NCBI GenBank assembly: GCA_902773295.1
Contig: CACYDT010000106.1
Location: 4,028-68,027, forward strand
Length of the DNA: 64,000 nt
Origin: an uncultured Veillonellaceae bacterium
GTDB taxonomy: Bacteria > Bacillota > Negativicutes > Selenomonadales > Selenomonadaceae
Reading direction: 5' to 3'
Shown here: piece after piece, positions 60,933 through 64,000 of the stretch
Position numbering within the stretch: position 1 is the stretch's first letter
Layout: the number at the start of each line of letters is the position of its first letter
The notes under the pieces: generated by a model
What the model saw: the letters and a program-made list of their open reading frames with translations, nothing else
Database searches by the model: none
What the model was told of the DNA's origin: nothing
Made by a program: the position numbers and the translations under genes

Positions 60933-62054
60933 ATGCAGGTGATGGACTTTGTTGAAGTATTGGGGAGTGACTTTTATGCAGGGGTACCCGACTCTTTGCT
61001 GAAGCCCCTGTACAATTATTTGATTCAAACCTATGGCACGGATCCTCTGCATCACATTATCGCCGCCAACGAGGGAAACTGCGTGGCTTTGGCGGCAGGC
61101 TATCATCTGGCGACGGGGAAGGTTCCCGTGGTGTACCTCCAGAACAGCGGGGAGGGGAATATCATCAATCCCTTGGCATCCCTTCTCTCGGAGAAGGTCT
61201 ACGGGATTCCCGTCATCTTCGTCATTGGCTGGCGCGGGGAGCCGGGAGTCCATGATGAGCCACAGCATGTGTTCCAGGGAGAGGTCACGGAAAGACTGCT
61301 GGAGGTTATGGATGTTCCCGGTGTTGTCGTTGGTAAGGAAACGACGGAGGATGAGATACGGGGAGCCATGGAAAGATTCCGCGAGTTCCTTTCCCAAGGG
61401 AAGTCCGTGGCCTTTGTCGTTCGCAAGGGGGCGCTTGTTTCCGAACAAGTAGTTTCGTACCGCAATGGCAACACACTGAAGCGGGAGGAAATCATTGCTT
61501 GCATTGTGGAAGCATCCGGAGAGGATTTTATCGTTTGCACCACGGGCAAGGCCAGCCGGGAGCTTTTCGAGATCCGGGAGGCACATGGGGAAGGCCATGG
61601 GAAGGATTTCCTGACCGTTGGTTCCATGGGACACAGCTCGTCTATCGCACTGGGCATTGCCCTGCAGAAGCCGGAGCGGCGTATATGGTGCATGGACGGG
61701 GACGGCGCCGCCCTCATGCACATGGGGGCTATGGCAGTCATCGGGAACGCGAAGCCCGGGAATCTCATCCATGTGGTCATCAACAACGAGGCCCATGAGA
61801 GCGTCGGCGGAGCGCCCACCGTTGCGGGAACCGTTGATTTCCCGGAAGTGGCTCTGGCCTGTGGCTATGGATATGCGGCCAGTGTATCGTCTTTGGAAGA
61901 TTTGAAAAAAGTCCTGTCGGAGGCCAAGAAATCGGATGTATTGAGTTTCATCGAGGTGAAATGCGCCATCGGAGCAAGGGCAGATCTGGGACGGCCGACG
62001 ACTACGCCTCAAGAGAATAAAGCGGCGTTCATGAAAAGGTTGGCGGAATTTTGA
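60933..62054 (+). CDS. ppd: Phosphonopyruvate decarboxylase (ThDP-dependent)
   Basis: FYAGVPDSLLKPL...AANEGNCVALAAGYHLATGK...VYLQNSGEGN..NPL.SL, then MGHSSSIALG...DGDGA..MH.G. About 373 aa, immediately after pepM. Confidence 0.8.
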   Translation: MQVMDFVEVLGSDFYAGVPDSLLKPLYNYLIQTYGTDPLHHIIAANEGNCVALAAGYHLATGKVPVVYLQNSGEGNIINPLASLLSEKVYGIPVIFVIGWRGEPGVHDEPQHVFQGEVTERLLEVMDVPGVVVGKETTEDEIRGAMERFREFLSQGKSVAFVVRKGALVSEQVVSYRNGNTLKREEIIACIVEASGEDFIVCTTGKASRELFEIREAHGEGHGKDFLTVGSMGHSSSIALGIALQKPERRIWCMDGDGAALMHMGAMAVIGNAKPGNLIHVVINNEAHESVGGAPTVAGTVDFPEVALACGYGYAASVSSLEDLKKVLSEAKKSDVLSFIEVKCAIGARADLGRPTTTPQENKAAFMKRLAEF

Positions 62055-62141
62055 CGGATTGCGTTTCTTTTGATAAAATTTAAGAAAATCCAGTGTAATG
62101 TCGATAATATGATAGTAGAGCATTTTGGGGAGTGGTCATGC

Positions 62142-64000
62142 TTGTTCGGTTTTATCAAAAGATTCTTGGGGGACAATAACGACAAGGAGATTGCGCGGTT
62201 GCGCCCGATTGTCGAGAAGATCAACGGCCTGGAACAGGGATTGCAGTCCCTGACGGATGCGAAACTGGCGGGTTCTACGGACAGTTTCAAGGAGCGGCTG
62301 GCAAACGGCGAGACCTTGGATGATATTCTGCCCGAAGCCTTTGCCGTTGCGCGGGAGGCATCCCGCAGGGTGCTTGGCATGCGCCATTTTGATGTGCAGC
62401 TCATGGGCGGCATCTGCCTCCACGAGGGAAAGATTGCCGAGATGCGCACGGGCGAGGGCAAAACCTTGGTGGCGACGCTTCCCGTCTACCTCAATGCCCT
62501 GACAGGCAAGGGCGTCCACATGGTCACGGTAAACGATTATCTGGCGCGGCGCGACAGCGAGTGGATGGGGCGGCTTTATCGCTTTTTGGGGCTTTCCGTC
62601 GGACTCATTGCCCACGACATGGATTTCCCGGAGCGCAAGTTCGCCTATGGCTGTGATGTCACCTTCGGCACGAACAACGAGTTCGGCTTTGACTATCTCA
62701 GGGACAACATGGTCATCTATGCAGACCAGATGGTGCAGAGAGAACTCAATTTCGCCATCGTCGATGAGGTGGATTCCATCCTCATCGACGAGGCTCGGAC
62801 GCCACTCATCATTTCCGGCCCCGGTGCGAAGTCCACGGAGATGTACGCCGTCATGGCAAGGGCAGTGGCGGGTCTCCAGGAAGGCAAGGACTACACGGTG
62901 GACGAGAAGCAGAAGACCGTGGCTCCGAGTGACAATGTGATACCGAAGATTGAGCGGATGCTCAATATCACGAATCTCTATGCGCCGGAGAATATCGAGC
63001 TGTCCCATTGCTTCACGGCGGCGCTTCGCGCCAAGGCGCTCATGAAGCGGGATCGGGACTATGTGGTGCGCGGGGATGAGATCATCATCGTGGACGAATT
63101 CACGGGCCGTCTCATGGAAGGGCGCCGCTACTCCGACGGTCTCCACCAGGCCATTGAGGCGAAGGAAGGCGTGAAGATCCAGCGGGAATCCCAGACCCTT
63201 GCCACCATCACCTTCCAGAACTATTTCCGCATGTACAAGAAACTCGCGGGCATGACGGGTACGGCGAAGACCGAGGAGGACGAATTCCTCAAAATCTACA
63301 AGCTGCCCGTGGTGGTGGTTCCCACCAACAAGCCCGTGCAGCGCATCGATCATCCCGATGTCATCTTCAAGACGAAGCGGGCGAAGTACCGTGCCGTGGG
63401 CCGCACCGTGGCGGAAATTCATGCGAAGGGACAGCCCGTCCTCATCGGCACCACTTCCATCACCCAGTCGGAAGAACTCAGCGACATCCTGAAAAAGCAC
63501 GGCATTCCCCATAATGTCCTCAATGCAAAGTTCCATGAAAAGGAAGCGGAGATTGTGGCAGATGCCGGGCAAAGAGGAGCTGTGACCATTGCCACCAACA
63601 TGGCAGGCCGCGGCACGGACATCAAGCTCGGGGAGGGTGTCGAGGCACTTGGGGGGCTCTTCATCGTCGGCACGGAACGCCATGAGTCCCGCCGTATCGA
63701 TAACCAGCTCCGGGGACGCTCCGGCCGTCAGGGGGATCCCGGAGAATCCCGGTTCTATCTGTCCTTGGAGGACGATCTTCTCCGCCTCTTCGCCTCGGAC
63801 AATATCGCTACCATGATGGACAAGCTGGGCATGGAGGAGGATGAGCCCATCGAGCATAAGCTCATCACCCGATCCATCGAACATGCCCAGAAGAAGGTGG
63901 AGTCGAGGAACTTCGATATCCGCAAGCACGTCCTGGAATACGACGATGTCATGAACCAGCAGCGCGAAGTCATGTACGGCGAGCGCCGCAAGATCCTTCT
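62142..64000 (+). CDS. secA: Preprotein translocase ATPase SecA (5' part; continues beyond the window)
   Basis: Not in the ORF track because no stop is reached. TTG start at 62142, 9 nt after GGGGAG. Translation reads [27 protein letters not shown]...[53 protein letters not shown]. Confidence 0.9.
   Translation, partial: MFGFIKRFLGDNNDKEIARLRPIVEKINGLEQGLQSLTDAKLAGSTDSFKERLANGETLDDILPEAFAVAREASRRVLGMRHFDVQLMGGICLHEGKIAEMRTGEGKTLVATLPVYLNALTGKGVHMVTVNDYLARRDSEWMGRLYRFLGLSVGLIAHDMDFPERKFAYGCDVTFGTNNEFGFDYLRDNMVIYADQMVQRELNFAIVDEVDSILIDEARTPLIISGPGAKSTEMYAVMARAVAGLQEGKDYTVDEKQKTVAPSDNVIPKIERMLNITNLYAPENIELSHCFTAALRAKALMKRDRDYVVRGDEIIIVDEFTGRLMEGRRYSDGLHQAIEAKEGVKIQRESQTLATITFQNYFRMYKKLAGMTGTAKTEEDEFLKIYKLPVVVVPTNKPVQRIDHPDVIFKTKRAKYRAVGRTVAEIHAKGQPVLIGTTSITQSEELSDILKKHGIPHNVLNAKFHEKEAEIVADAGQRGAVTIATNMAGRGTDIKLGEGVEALGGLFIVGTERHESRRIDNQLRGRSGRQGDPGESRFYLSLEDDLLRLFASDNIATMMDKLGMEEDEPIEHKLITRSIEHAQKKVESRNFDIRKHVLEYDDVMNQQREVMYGERRKIL

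Noticed and set aside
62136-63929. 597-aa minus-strand ORF, the only long ORF listed in this interval
   Set aside because: The plus strand encodes an unmistakable SecA ([28 protein letters not shown]). It is missing from the track only because it has no stop within the window. The minus-strand ORF is its shadow.
1-64000. CRISPR arrays, tRNA or rRNA genes, IS elements, integrases, prophage or classical defence systems (RM, Abi, CBASS and the like)
   Set aside because: I looked for regular short repeats, cloverleaf-like segments, and transposase or recombinase motifs in every ORF. None were found. The only toxin or nuclease-type genes are mazEF and one Uma2-family gene.

Overview
This window is a flagellar late-gene region from a Firmicute-type genome. 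The gene content and visibly GC-rich coding sequence suggest a Negativicute or Selenomonad-like organism, but that is a low-confidence guess. All calls come from reading the sequence and remembering family motifs; no searches were run.

The backbone follows the gene order known from Bacillus: comFC, yvyF, flgM, flgN, flgK, flgL, yviE, fliW, csrA, (flagellin slot), flaG, fliD, fliS, fliT, hpf, secA. In this window that order is heavily expanded.

1. Upstream of comFC lie flagellin copy 1, a TibC-like protein heptosyltransferase, a radical SAM gene, and a small accessory patch (Uma2 nuclease, mazEF, yqeB).
2. Between comFC and yvyF lie two tandem fliB-like flagellin methylase genes, a GT41 (OGT-like) transferase and ilvBN.
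3. Between fliT and csp-hpf lies a block of about 34 kb. It holds:
   - GT2-TPR, GT41-TPR and GT9 transferases and a second flagellin;
   - a methyltransferase-like gene and an amino-acid ABC importer;
   - five tandem paralogs of a cytoplasmic sulfatase-fold protein with Thr at the nucleophile position;
   - a LicC-like nucleotidyltransferase and an Fe-alcohol dehydrogenase.
4. Between hpf and secA lie a radical SAM gene, a cytidylyltransferase-PEP mutase fusion and a phosphonopyruvate decarboxylase.

The most interesting hypothesis is a previously undescribed cytoplasmic system. It would make a nucleotide-activated C2 phosphonate (2-hydroxyethylphosphonate type) and attach it to flagellin or its glycan through the five Thr-type sulfatase-fold paralogs.

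Other signals worth a second look:
- an orphan transcription unit of about 345 nt on the minus strand with no ORF, next to flagellin 1;
- a structured leader element present twice, with compensatory base changes between the copies;
- a family of sigma-28-type promoters, one tandemly duplicated and one embedded in a terminator;
- mosaic or gene-converted paralogs that carry copies of the csp promoter;
- a decayed GT41 domain fused to an intact one.

I saw no rRNA, tRNA, CRISPR array, transposase or integrase.
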